Shown here piece by piece: positions 28,478 to 37,734 of a stretch of DNA of 64,000 nucleotides; positions within the stretch are counted from its first letter, which is position 1, and each line of letters begins with the position of its first letter. Position numbers and translations under genes: made by a program. The notes beneath the pieces are model-generated. The model saw only the letters and a program-made list of their open reading frames with translations. It ran no database searches and was not told the origin of the DNA. This DNA is from a virus (Duplodnaviria > Caudoviricetes). The stretch is from positions 1-64,000 of IMG/VR virus record IMGVR_UViG_2675903036_000001; one strand, written 5' to 3'.

Positions 28478-29389
28478 ATGGTGACTGCTAAAGATATGAC
28501 CGGAATGGTGTTTGGTCGCTTCACGGTAATTCGTCGTGATTCCGAAAGAAAAAGCCATTCTGGTTCAAGGTGGATATGCCGTTGTGAATGCGGCAACGAG
28601 AAATCCATAATTCGAGGCAATCTAATCAGTGGACAAATCAAGTCATGTGGTTGCCTCCTTCTTGGCGATCCAGCTAAGGTTTGCGGGCGAACACTTGGCG
28701 TATCCATTAATTATTTGCCAGGAGAGAGGTTTGGTCGTTTGGTCGTAATTTCTACATGCGAATCTAAAAAAGGAATGTCTCAATTCAATACGCGCTGTGA
28801 TTGTGGAAAGGATGTTACGGTTACAGGTCTGTATTTAAGAAAAAGCAAGAATCCTTCGTGTGGTTGCTACGAGTATGAAAACGCTAGAAATAGGCGATTG
28901 ATAAATTTATCTGGCGAGCGATTTGGCAAACTTACTGCTGTTGAGCGATCTGGAAAAAATTCTTCAGGCCACACATTGTGGTTGTGCAAATGTGACTGTG
29001 GATGTGAAAAGAAAGTTTCTCTTTCTTCATTGCGAAGTGGGCGCACTATTTCATGCGGGTGCGCTAAATCAGATAGTGTCGTTTGGATGCCAAATAATGC
29101 ACTCAGATATTCTCGCCATCGAGGTTCTATTCGTCGTGCGCTGAGGCATGGTGCTAATGGAAAATTCACAGAGAAAGAGATTGAAGAATTAAATAAAAAA
29201 CAAAAAGGTCGCTGTGCTTATTGTGGTGCAAAGTTTGGTAACTCATATGATCGCGATCACATTCAGCCTCTGAGCAAAGGTGGAAGTAACGCGATTGACA
29301 ATATTCAATTGTTATGTCGATCTTGCAATGGTCGTAAAAATGCCAAAGATCCGTTTACATGGGCTAATGAGATTGGGATGCTGTTGTAA
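28478..29389 (+). CDS. HNH homing endonuclease between terS and terL
   Basis: Three G.RFG.L.V...C.CG...SCGC repeats, plus CAYCG..DHIQPLSKGGSN..NIQLLC..CN. Confidence 0.85.
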   Translation: MVTAKDMTGMVFGRFTVIRRDSERKSHSGSRWICRCECGNEKSIIRGNLISGQIKSCGCLLLGDPAKVCGRTLGVSINYLPGERFGRLVVISTCESKKGMSQFNTRCDCGKDVTVTGLYLRKSKNPSCGCYEYENARNRRLINLSGERFGKLTAVERSGKNSSGHTLWLCKCDCGCEKKVSLSSLRSGRTISCGCAKSDSVVWMPNNALRYSRHRGSIRRALRHGANGKFTEKEIEELNKKQKGRCAYCGAKFGNSYDRDHIQPLSKGGSNAIDNIQLLCRSCNGRKNAKDPFTWANEIGMLL

Positions 29390-30912
29390 TGGTTATTCCG
29401 TTATCTATTCGGGCAGCGGCTGAGCTGGAAATTCGCCGCCGCCGCACAGAAGAACTTAAGCGGATTAATGGTGATTCGGAAACTATACGTGAGCGTTTGG
29501 GAATGCCGCAGCTTCACCCTGCTCAAATAAGAATGCTCGCAGAAAGTCGACGTTACAATGTCGCTTCGTGTGGCAGAAGGTTCGGGAAAACTTTCCTCTC
29601 TGCTGATGTGCTCCTTGATGGCCCTCGAAAAAAGGGAGCGCTTCATGGGTACCCGGTGGCGTTGTATGCCCCCACCTATCAAACCATGCTTGAATCGTGG
29701 CGGAATCTAGTTTATCTGCTGAAACCCATTACTTCCCAGAAATCAGAGCAGAATAAGCGTATTGACCTAAATACTGGTGGGTGTATTGAGTTCTGGTCAT
29801 TGGACAATCCTGATGCTGGCCGGGGCAGGAAGTATGCCACGGTAGTTATCGATGAGGCCGCCATGATAAAACGACTGGAAGAATCATGGAGTCAGAACAT
29901 ACAGCCGCTTTTGCTTGATTACCAAGGAGAGGCATGGATTGTTAGCACTCCGAAGGGTGATAATTTCTTCAAGACTCTGTTTGATTATGGTCATGCCGCA
30001 AATCCGGCGCGAGATGACCAATGGCAATCCTGGCAGATACCGACTTGGGAAAATCCTCATATCAATCGGGAAGATATTGAAAGAATGCGCTCTAGCATGC
30101 CTCGTTTGGCGTTCATGCAGGAGATCGAGGCGCAATTCGTAACTTTCGCTGGCACGTTCATTAAGGCAGAGCATCTCCATAGCGGTCAGCCACCGGAGGG
30201 TATGACGCTGTATCAGGGAGTTGATCTTGCAATTTCAATGAAGGAAAACGCTGACTATACTGCAATTGTTACTGTTGGTGTGGATAAGAACACAGGCCGC
30301 GTGTGGATAGTAGATGCAGAACGAAGGCGAGTTGGTTTCCGGGATGCGTTGGATTTTATCCAAAGTAAAGCGGAAAGATGGCGCCCAGAATCGATTGCTA
30401 TTGAAGTGGTGCAATATCAGGCTGCTGTAGTAGAGGAATTATTGCGCTCTACCGATCTTCCTGTGCGACAGGTAAGACCAGATAAAGATAAATTGACGCG
30501 TGCACAAGGCTTGATTACACGATACGAGAACGGGCTTGTCTGGCATGCAGAGACACTTCCACAAGAGTTTATCAACGAACTATTATCGTTTGGCCCGGAC
30601 TGTGAGCATGATGATATGGTCGATGCCGCTGTTTATGGATACATGATGACTGGAGACTATGGGAAAACATTATTTATTCTGCCAAAAAATCCTGAGACAG
30701 AAGTGATGCAGAAACGTCAAGCAATGGTCGAAAGGGGTATGCCTGGCTTACCTGATGGCGTGATGGGAATACTCGAAAAGCAGCCTACGGAAAGCGAGGT
30801 GTGCGGCAATTGCACGGCGTTCAACTCTGAAACCAAGCTGTGTGAAGAGCGGCACGTGAAGGTGCGTGCACACGATCCTGGATGTTCATTATTTGTGGAG
30901 GCGGAGGGTTGA
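29389..30912 (+). CDS. terL: Terminase large subunit
   Basis: GRRFGKT, VIDEAA, STPKG, GVDLA and HDDMVDA. Confidence 0.92.
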   Translation: MVIPLSIRAAAELEIRRRRTEELKRINGDSETIRERLGMPQLHPAQIRMLAESRRYNVASCGRRFGKTFLSADVLLDGPRKKGALHGYPVALYAPTYQTMLESWRNLVYLLKPITSQKSEQNKRIDLNTGGCIEFWSLDNPDAGRGRKYATVVIDEAAMIKRLEESWSQNIQPLLLDYQGEAWIVSTPKGDNFFKTLFDYGHAANPARDDQWQSWQIPTWENPHINREDIERMRSSMPRLAFMQEIEAQFVTFAGTFIKAEHLHSGQPPEGMTLYQGVDLAISMKENADYTAIVTVGVDKNTGRVWIVDAERRRVGFRDALDFIQSKAERWRPESIAIEVVQYQAAVVEELLRSTDLPVRQVRPDKDKLTRAQGLITRYENGLVWHAETLPQEFINELLSFGPDCEHDDMVDAAVYGYMMTGDYGKTLFILPKNPETEVMQKRQAMVERGMPGLPDGVMGILEKQPTESEVCGNCTAFNSETKLCEERHVKVRAHDPGCSLFVEAEG

Positions 30913-30938
30913 AATAAATAAAAATCTAATTGGCTATT

Positions 30939-30997
30939 ATTCTACTTTTGAAATAACCGGCGCGCTTTAACACGTTCAGTTGATTGAGTCGTTGGGC
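30939..30997 (-). other. attC site (terminal, R' degenerate)
   Basis: Minus strand: GCCCAAC-GACTC-AAT(C)AACT...GGTTATT-TCAAAA-GTAGAAT. R'' is the exact complement of this cassette's start GTTGGGC (31424). Confidence 0.75.
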
Positions 30998-31001
30998 GTG
31001 C

Positions 31002-31394
31002 TCACGGTTGCGCCATGAGCGCTTCATAGCCCCACACGATGCAGAGCGCAGCCAACAGTAGCCAAATTGCGATGATTACTGCGCCAGCAACCCGGCTTAC
31101 TGTTTTTCCATTTTTAATGGTTTCCTGTGCTCGTGTTCGGCATTCAGCCAGAACAGAATGGGGAACCAGCTTGATTGCCAATGCAATACCCAGAGGTATC
31201 AGGATGAGATCATCCAGGTAGCCAAGAACAGGCACAAAGTCCGGAATAAGATCAATAGGACTGAAGGCATAAGCAACGATACCGGCAACGAGAAGCTTGG
31301 CATACCAAGGTGTCCGTGGGTCGCGGGCAGCAAGATAAAGCGCAAAGGTTTCCGCCTTGAGATGGCGCGCGCGTTGTTTCAATTTTTCGAGCAC
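31002..31394 (-). CDS. Cassette gene, YkvA/DUF1232 membrane protein
   Basis: DPRTPWYAK..YAFSPIDLIPDFVPVLGYLDD; GTG start after GAGG. Confidence 0.85.
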   Translation of the reverse strand: MLEKLKQRARHLKAETFALYLAARDPRTPWYAKLLVAGIVAYAFSPIDLIPDFVPVLGYLDDLILIPLGIALAIKLVPHSVLAECRTRAQETIKNGKTVSRVAGAVIIAIWLLLAALCIVWGYEALMAQP

Positions 31395-31417
31395 TACCAC
31401 TGCCTCGCTAAATAGAC

Positions 31418-31534
31418 GCCCAACGCCTTGGTTAACCGGCGCCGGAGCACGAAGTGCGGAGGGTACCGACATAGGCCATGAAAATGCCGAAGGCATGGCC
31501 TATGTTGGCGTCCGCGTTGAACCCCCAGTTAGGC
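31418..31534 (-). other. attC site (intact, 117 bp)
   Basis: Minus strand: GCCTAAC-TGGGG-GTT(C)AACG...GGTTAAC-CAAGGC-GTTGGGC. R'' matches the cassette start GTTAGGC (32078). Confidence 0.9.
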
Positions 31535-31582
31535 TGGGGAGCGTAGGCACGGTGTTGCATGTCAGTTTTAATGATGGAAGTG

Positions 31583-32047
31583 TCAAACATCGCTTTGTGA
31601 GCCACCCTTTGCACCATTCGGATAACTGATAACGGCCGCAACGTTACCAACTGGTGCCGTTACTTGAACGCCTATCACTGCTCCGTTCGCGTAGCCATCC
31701 TGTCTTCCATCGCGATGCTTGACCTGATACGAGCCTCCAGGAAGTACCTTAATGCGCCCAGCATTAGCACCTCCTCGAGTTGATGTGTTTTGCGAATCGC
31801 AGTTCGGGCAAAGTAAACGGAGGTTTTCAGTTCTGTTGTCTCTCGAATTTCCTGACTCGTGATCCAGTATGAGCGGCAACGGCTTACCGTTCCATTGCAG
31901 TGGCACGGAAAAAAACTGGCAAGAAGAGTTATCGCATCGTTCAGGTAGGCCTTGGCGTTTTCGCCATGCTAAGTAGTGTCTGCGGACAGTTTGTCGCGAC
32001 TTGGGGTGGTCGGACATACAAAGCACGGAAGTTTGGTCTGGTTGCAT
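31583..32047 (-). CDS. Cassette gene, HNH endonuclease
   Basis: WNGKPLPLILDHESGNSRDNRTENLRLLCPNCDSQ. Confidence 0.8.
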   Translation of the reverse strand: MQPDQTSVLCMSDHPKSRQTVRRHYLAWRKRQGLPERCDNSSCQFFSVPLQWNGKPLPLILDHESGNSRDNRTENLRLLCPNCDSQNTSTRGGANAGRIKVLPGGSYQVKHRDGRQDGYANGAVIGVQVTAPVGNVAAVISYPNGAKGGSQSDV

Positions 32048-32071
32048 GAGAACTTCCTATTGGTGACGAAA

Positions 32072-32221
32072 GCCTAACTAGAATTAGACCTCCGAAATGA
32101 CGCAATATATTACGTCAAAAATGAAATATAACTCGGAAAGTTGCATGCTATTTTCTTATGATTAATAGAATTGCGTCGGTTTAGCTTTCATCATAATAAC
32201 AATCTTCGCTAGATCCACAAA
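32072..32221 (-). other. attI-like crossover site plus conserved upstream element
   Basis: Minus strand GTCTAAT-TCTA-GTTAGGC; 20-bp near-palindrome at 32098-32117; homologous to 61868-62075. Confidence 0.55.
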
Positions 32222-32224
32222 TAT

Positions 32225-32557
32225 ATGAAATTTATATCCGCATTAGTAACCATTCTTATTTCCCATCTGGCATTTGCTTCTGGAGATCACATCCAACCAG
32301 ATAAGTTGGGCGGCTACTTCACTAAAGAGGACCATTACCAATCAGACAGGATGGGCGGTTACTATGCCCCTAACGGAGAGCACCTGCAATCAGATGGTAG
32401 GGGCGGCTACTTTACGCAAAAAGGTCATGTTCAGACTGATAACCAAGGTGGTTATTATGCTCCACAAGGGCATTATCAATCGGACGGCAGGGGTGGATAC
32501 TTCACCCCTGATGGCAAGCATATTCAGTCTGACGGAATGGGTGGGTGGTATAAGTAA
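32225..32557 (+). CDS. Secreted repeat protein
   Basis: Signal peptide, then six HxQxDxxGG(Y/W) repeats of 15-16 aa. Confidence 0.75.
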   Translation: MKFISALVTILISHLAFASGDHIQPDKLGGYFTKEDHYQSDRMGGYYAPNGEHLQSDGRGGYFTQKGHVQTDNQGGYYAPQGHYQSDGRGGYFTPDGKHIQSDGMGGWYK

Positions 32558-32674
32558 GTTATTTGACACGACAATGCAAGGGGGATATATTGCAGATAAG
32601 TGCTCAAAACACTTCGCATAGCGGACTAACCTGCGCCCGATAGTCGTGGTTTTTTTACGTCCATAGTTTTCCTA

Positions 32675-32756
32675 TGGCCGGGTGTTAGGCTAATAAAAGA
32701 CCTGTCTTGACAGGGAATATGCCAGCCGTCTATGCGCGGTTTTGAGCACCCGGCCA
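32675..32756 (+). ncRNA. C4-like antisense RNA controlling the antirepressor
   Basis: Closing stem TGGCCGGGTG/CACCCGGCCA. CTATGCG is complementary to CGCATAG at 32615 and 32790; TTTTGAG is complementary to CTCAAAA at 32603, 32761 and 32778. Confidence 0.8.
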
Positions 32757-32805
32757 CCCTCTCAAAAAGGGTGAATACTCAAAATAAATCGCATAGGAGG
32801 TCATC

Positions 32806-33630
32806 ATGACTGCTCTTTCTTTAGCTTTTCAATCCACTCAATTCGACGTTGTAGACCGTAACAACCAGCCTTGGCTAAGGAGCCTCCAGATCGGAGGTGC
32901 CTTGGGATATGCCAAGCCAGACCACTCGATTTGGAAATTGTACGAATCTAACAAAGACGAATTCACCGACGCCATGACTGCCTTGGTTGAATTAGAAACT
33001 AATGGCGGAAAACAGAAAGTAAGAATTTTCTCCCTTCGTGGTGCTCATCTTCTCGCCATGTTCGCCCGCACAAAAATCGCTAAAGAATTCAGGAAATGGG
33101 TTCTGGATATCCTGGATCGGGAAACTCAACTACCGAGCAATCCTCAGCAGTTCATTACACCCGAGCAAACCAACGAAATTTACACTCTGGTTTGCGAGCG
33201 CTTCCCAGATGGCCGTGACCGTGTGTACGCATGGAGCCGCTTCAACAATCATTTTCGTATCAATAGCTACAAAAATTTACTGTTTACAAAATACGAGGAG
33301 GCTTGCCGGTATATCCCTTCCATTCCAGGCAAGAAAGAAGTTAGGACGTTACCCGCTCCTATGCCTGCGATCAAACCACCCGTTTGGACAAAGCCCGATC
33401 CTGCGGGCTCAGCAGACGCAATACGCAGCATCCAAACAATGAGAAGCATCATTACGGAATTGCAGACCTGGTGTCATGAGCTTCCCATTGAAGCAGGGAT
33501 GCCGCTATGGGAAGCACTGGATGATGTTAAGAGGCTCCTAATAACTGGCTCAACAGAAGTAAGCGAAGCATTGATGCATATCGGCATCGCCACTCGCTAC
33601 CTGAATCGCTGGATGGGTAGGAGCCAATAG
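32806..33630 (+). CDS. Bro-N family antirepressor
   Basis: RIFSLRGAHLLAMFARTKIAKEFRKWVLDILD. Confidence 0.85.
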   Translation: MTALSLAFQSTQFDVVDRNNQPWLRSLQIGGALGYAKPDHSIWKLYESNKDEFTDAMTALVELETNGGKQKVRIFSLRGAHLLAMFARTKIAKEFRKWVLDILDRETQLPSNPQQFITPEQTNEIYTLVCERFPDGRDRVYAWSRFNNHFRINSYKNLLFTKYEEACRYIPSIPGKKEVRTLPAPMPAIKPPVWTKPDPAGSADAIRSIQTMRSIITELQTWCHELPIEAGMPLWEALDDVKRLLITGSTEVSEALMHIGIATRYLNRWMGRSQ

Positions 33631-33698
33631 AAAGCACAGCACAGGAAAGGGCCTAGATGCTCTTTCCTTTCTCAAGCAAAATAAAAAGGAAGAATAAG

Positions 33699-34775
33699 AT
33701 GAAAAAATGGTTGTTTGTGATGATGCTGTTTCTTAGTGCTTGTGCAGTTCCTCAGGAATCCCAAAGAACATCGTATTGGGATAGTATGAATAATTCCGAG
33801 AAGAGCGCTTTCTTGACACAGCAATTTGCGAAATCTGGAGACTCAAATGAGCAGCTAAAACTTGGTGATGCTTATATGGATGGCTTAGGAATGCCACAGG
33901 ATTCTGAGAAAGCATTTTACTGGACTGAAAAAGCAGCTAATGGTTGGGCTCGTGGAGCAAATTATAAAGTAGGAATCATGTACCAAAAAGGAATCGGCGT
34001 TGAACAAAACTCTGTTAAAGCCGCAGAACATTTCTTAAAAGCAATAGAGAGAGATGTTGATAAAAAAGCAATGATACATTTAGGCGAAATGTATTTGAAT
34101 GGGGATGGCGTTGAGAAAAATATAGAAAAAGGTATTTCTCTCTATGAGAGGGCTGCTGAGGGAGGCGATGCTGATGCTCAATTCGCATTGGGAAAAATTT
34201 ATTTCAATGATTACCGTGTGCCTAAGAATATAAAGCAAGCTCACTACTGGTTGACTACATCTGCTAAAAATGGATATTCAGATCAGGTAAACAGTCTTTT
34301 GAATGATTTGGATAAAGAATTAGCTCAGGCTGAGGCTGATGAGCAAGAGAAGGCTAGAAAAGCGAAAACCGAGCTTAATGAAGCTATAAGAAGCCAGTCC
34401 TATGTTAAACAGTTAAGGCAAAAATACGGAAAACGCTTGAGGTATGAAACCGCTCACGCGCAAACAAGGATTCAATCCTTCAATATTGATTGCCGTGCAA
34501 ACGATGGGCGCTATCTTCCACTTGAGAATGTCTTGCTTGCCAAGATGGCTTCTCTTGATAGTAAACAAGCATATCTGACTATCCGTGCAACTAACCGTGG
34601 TGACGATGTAAGAATCTACGATGAGCTGATAAGTGCAGACGGCAGACGCATGGGCTCAATACCTATGTTTGAGATTAATAAATGGGGGGAATTGCGTACA
34701 TTAGCAGATGTCAGGATTGAGGCTATCCTAAATAGTTGTTTTGGCAGTTTCGGTCCAATATGGGCAAGCAGGTAA
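33699..34775 (+). CDS. Sel1-repeat lipoprotein (moron)
   Basis: Lipobox LSAC; repeated LG.MY..G.GV..(N/D)..KA Sel1 units. Confidence 0.85.
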   Translation: MKKWLFVMMLFLSACAVPQESQRTSYWDSMNNSEKSAFLTQQFAKSGDSNEQLKLGDAYMDGLGMPQDSEKAFYWTEKAANGWARGANYKVGIMYQKGIGVEQNSVKAAEHFLKAIERDVDKKAMIHLGEMYLNGDGVEKNIEKGISLYERAAEGGDADAQFALGKIYFNDYRVPKNIKQAHYWLTTSAKNGYSDQVNSLLNDLDKELAQAEADEQEKARKAKTELNEAIRSQSYVKQLRQKYGKRLRYETAHAQTRIQSFNIDCRANDGRYLPLENVLLAKMASLDSKQAYLTIRATNRGDDVRIYDELISADGRRMGSIPMFEINKWGELRTLADVRIEAILNSCFGSFGPIWASR

Positions 34776-34870
34776 GCAAGCGCCGCTAAAATACGGATCG
34801 TCTCAATCATCTTGTTTTTGCGCAAATAAACCGTTAGAATTTAACGGTCAATAAATAAAATAATACCCGC

Positions 34871-35182
34871 ATGAGCAATATTGTTGCTTTGGATTTGACA
34901 TGCGCTAACGCAAAACAATTAATAGCTGAAATAGCGAAAGACAGCGCCAGAGTATTCTATACAACTCATGCGGAAAAGCGCATGAAGGAGCGCAAAATCA
35001 CAAGATCGCAGGTTCAGCGTTGCTTGCTACATGGGAAAATAACTGAAGGTCCGTACCGTGATATTCACGGCAAATGGTGTTTAACTTTGGAAACATTTTC
35101 GGCTGGAGAGCCAGTGGCGGTAGTTGCCGCCCTTGATAAAGACTCTGATGGAAGCATGATTATTATAATAACGTCTTATTGA
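34871..35182 (+). CDS. DUF4258-like (RelE-superfamily) toxin
   Basis: YTTHAEKRMKERKIT...G.I.E; C-terminal IIITSY. Confidence 0.7.
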   Translation: MSNIVALDLTCANAKQLIAEIAKDSARVFYTTHAEKRMKERKITRSQVQRCLLHGKITEGPYRDIHGKWCLTLETFSAGEPVAVVAALDKDSDGSMIIIITSY

Positions 35183-35195
35183 GGAGGGGATCAGC

Positions 35196-35636
35196 ATGTT
35201 GCATTATACAAGCTGCGGGCTACAAAATATTTGGCTTAGGAACGGATATACAACTGTTAAAACTGCTTATGGAGAAGCCACTTCCATTCATGATCTGGAT
35301 GGCTTGCATAAAGCTATTGGGCTGTATTTGGTTAATAACAAACCAAGATTAACAGGCGCGGAACTGCGGTTTCTACGGAAAGAACTTGATTTGTCACAAT
35401 CTCATTTAGCTACCATGCTTGGTGTTAGCGAGCCATCAATCAGGGGGTGGGAGAATAATCGTTCTAAAGTATCTGCTCCAGCAGAAAAAATACTAAGAGC
35501 GATGTATGCGGCAAAAGTGAATGGGCATAGAGATATAAATTCTCTATTGGAGAGGATAAGCCAATTAAACCGTGACATTCATTCAGTCAAGATAGAGCTT
35601 GAAGAAACCAAATCGGGGTGGAAACAAGCTGCTTAA
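35196..35636 (+). CDS. MqsA-like HTH antitoxin
   Basis: HYTSCGLQNIWLRNG; LTGAELRFLRKELDLSQ..LA..LGV....IRGWE. Confidence 0.75.
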   Translation: MLHYTSCGLQNIWLRNGYTTVKTAYGEATSIHDLDGLHKAIGLYLVNNKPRLTGAELRFLRKELDLSQSHLATMLGVSEPSIRGWENNRSKVSAPAEKILRAMYAAKVNGHRDINSLLERISQLNRDIHSVKIELEETKSGWKQAA

Positions 35637-35666
35637 GCTGAAATATGTAGGCCAATAACAAAAGGG

Positions 35667-35683
35667 TGTCGTGATGCTACTTT
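35667..35683 (+). promoter_or_regulatory. Putative late promoter, leaderless, portal gene
   Basis: TGTCGTGA-TGC-TACTTT-6 nt-ATG. Confidence 0.7.
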
Positions 35684-35689
35684 CATGGC

Positions 35690-37429
35690 ATGAACGACAC
35701 TCCCTCACAAGTAGCTTTCAACGAAGTAGCGCCACAAGATGAGCGCTATGACGCCCATGCAGAGTTACAAAAAAGTGCATTATCAGAATTAATTCCGCGC
35801 CCTGAGATACAGCCGGTCATTGACTATATTCTTGATGACTTGGCTGAACAGGAAATGAGAAAGGCTTTAGCGAAGCCGAATATCATTCCTTTCCCTTCTA
35901 AAGCAGTCAAGAATAAGCAACCTGGCATGCAATCCGTGTATCTGGACGATATGCAGGTATCGGTCATGGGGCACTACTACGATAAGCCTGGCGTGTTCAG
36001 CTTCGACTCCATGCGTGCCATGGTCGAACAGACGCCGATACTCAATTCCGTGATCATGACACGTATCCGCCAGGTTCAGCGGTTCTGCAGGATACAGGAA
36101 TCCGGTCGCGGGCCTGGCTTCGAGATCAAGCTCAAAGACCGTGAGGCAGAGGTAACGGATACCAACCGTCAATCCATCCAATTGATGCAGGATTTCATGC
36201 TTAACTGCGGGTGGGAAGCAAAACCACGCCAGAGAATGCGGCTTAAGCGCGACGATTTCACGTCATTCGTGGCCAAGCTGACTCGGGATAGTCTTACCAT
36301 GGATTCAATGGCTATCGAGACAGAATACAAGCGTGACAGAAAGCTTGGGATGGATGGATTGTATGCCGTGGATGGTTCCACGATCAGGCTTTGCACGGAA
36401 GATGGTTATGAGGGCGATGACGAGATATTCGCGCTGCAGGTGGTGCAGGGGCGCATCCGTACTGCCTATACCTATGACGATCTGATCTATGTGCCGCGCA
36501 ATCCGCGTACGGATGTATTAACTGGTGGTTATGGTCTGGCTGAGACCGAGTTATTGATTCGCGTGGTCACGGGATTTTTAAACGCCATGACCTACAATCA
36601 GAAGTATTTCGATAGTAACGCGATTCCCAAAGGGCTGTTGCACTTATCCGGAAATTATTCCGAGAAAGACCTGTCGGCATTCAAGCGCTACTGGAATGCA
36701 ATGGTGAAGGGTGTCAACAATGCCTGGACGTTGCCGGTCATGGTATCCAAGGATCAGGAATCCCGCGCGGCCTTCGAGCGCTTTGGTGTCGATGTCGATG
36801 AGATGATGTTCTCGAAATGGATGACATTCCTGGCATCGATCATCTGTGCCATTTACGGCATTTCTCCTGATGAGATTAATTTTGAGTCATTCAGCGCAAG
36901 CAAATCATCTCTTTCTGGCTCAGACACGTCTGAGAAGCTGGCAAATTCAAAAGACAGCGGCTTACGTCCACTTCTGACTTATCTGGAAAATATTTTCTCG
37001 GATTTCATTATTCAGGATTTCAGCGAGCAATATGTGTTTCGCTGGACAGGGCTCGATGAGGAAGACGAAGAAAAGCGCCATGAAATTCGCAAGCTGGTAC
37101 TCAAGGTCAATGAAATACGCGCCCAAGAAGGTTACGACAAACTAAATGACAAATGGGGTGAGGCCCCTGTCAATCCTGCCTTGCTTGGCGCTTGGCAGTC
37201 CGAACAGCAACAGAATGATCAAGATTTTGGTAACCCGGACGAGCAAGGCAGTAATTCTGACCAGGAAGATCAATCTGATTTTGGCGATGCAGGAGAGAAT
37301 CAAGGCGATCAGCAAGAAGCGGATTATGGCGATGCGGGTGATAACGATGATGAGACTGCAATCGAGTCCGATGATGAAGAAAATTTAGGAAAGTCTTTCG
37401 GTCTGCCTGTTTACACATTTGAAGTTTAG
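35690..37429 (+). CDS. Portal protein
   Basis: AVDGSTIR, NPRTD...GYG, YFDSNAIPKG, IYGISPDEINF, NEIR; acidic tail. Confidence 0.85.
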   Translation: MNDTPSQVAFNEVAPQDERYDAHAELQKSALSELIPRPEIQPVIDYILDDLAEQEMRKALAKPNIIPFPSKAVKNKQPGMQSVYLDDMQVSVMGHYYDKPGVFSFDSMRAMVEQTPILNSVIMTRIRQVQRFCRIQESGRGPGFEIKLKDREAEVTDTNRQSIQLMQDFMLNCGWEAKPRQRMRLKRDDFTSFVAKLTRDSLTMDSMAIETEYKRDRKLGMDGLYAVDGSTIRLCTEDGYEGDDEIFALQVVQGRIRTAYTYDDLIYVPRNPRTDVLTGGYGLAETELLIRVVTGFLNAMTYNQKYFDSNAIPKGLLHLSGNYSEKDLSAFKRYWNAMVKGVNNAWTLPVMVSKDQESRAAFERFGVDVDEMMFSKWMTFLASIICAIYGISPDEINFESFSASKSSLSGSDTSEKLANSKDSGLRPLLTYLENIFSDFIIQDFSEQYVFRWTGLDEEDEEKRHEIRKLVLKVNEIRAQEGYDKLNDKWGEAPVNPALLGAWQSEQQQNDQDFGNPDEQGSNSDQEDQSDFGDAGENQGDQQEADYGDAGDNDDETAIESDDEENLGKSFGLPVYTFEV

Positions 37430-37440
37430 CGGAGAAGTTA

Positions 37441-37734
37441 ATGGAGTCTCAAGAGCAGAGAGAGTTGCCGCGTTACAAAGGTCACAAAGAGGTTTGTGCT
37501 TTAAAAATTAAGAAAGTTATCAGAAACCAACAATCTTTTGCAATTACGTTAAGTTTTGAAGAGGAAGGCTATTCTGATCTAGCTGTCAGTGAGGAATGGT
37601 TGATCAGACATCGACCGCAAGCAGGAGGTTATTACGTTGTTTGCCAAGATGGATATGTGTCGTATTCGTCAGCCAAGGCATTTGAGGATGGCTATACGCT
37701 TATACGACCAGTGGGACCATTGGGGGTTGTTTGA
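37441..37734 (+). CDS. Small phage protein
   Basis: HKEVCALKI...GGYYVV..DGY.SYS...FEDGY. Confidence 0.65.
   Translation: MESQEQRELPRYKGHKEVCALKIKKVIRNQQSFAITLSFEEEGYSDLAVSEEWLIRHRPQAGGYYVVCQDGYVSYSSAKAFEDGYTLIRPVGPLGVV

Noticed and set aside
31394-31496. N-terminal extension of the YkvA ORF, plus ORFs 31357..31629 and 31432..31650
   Set aside because: They translate through the attC palindrome; the same applies to the first 9 codons of 17113..18090 and to 62388..62696.
32684-32690. GTTAGGC near 32684 as another cassette boundary
   Set aside because: It lies inside the C4-like RNA and has no L boxes.
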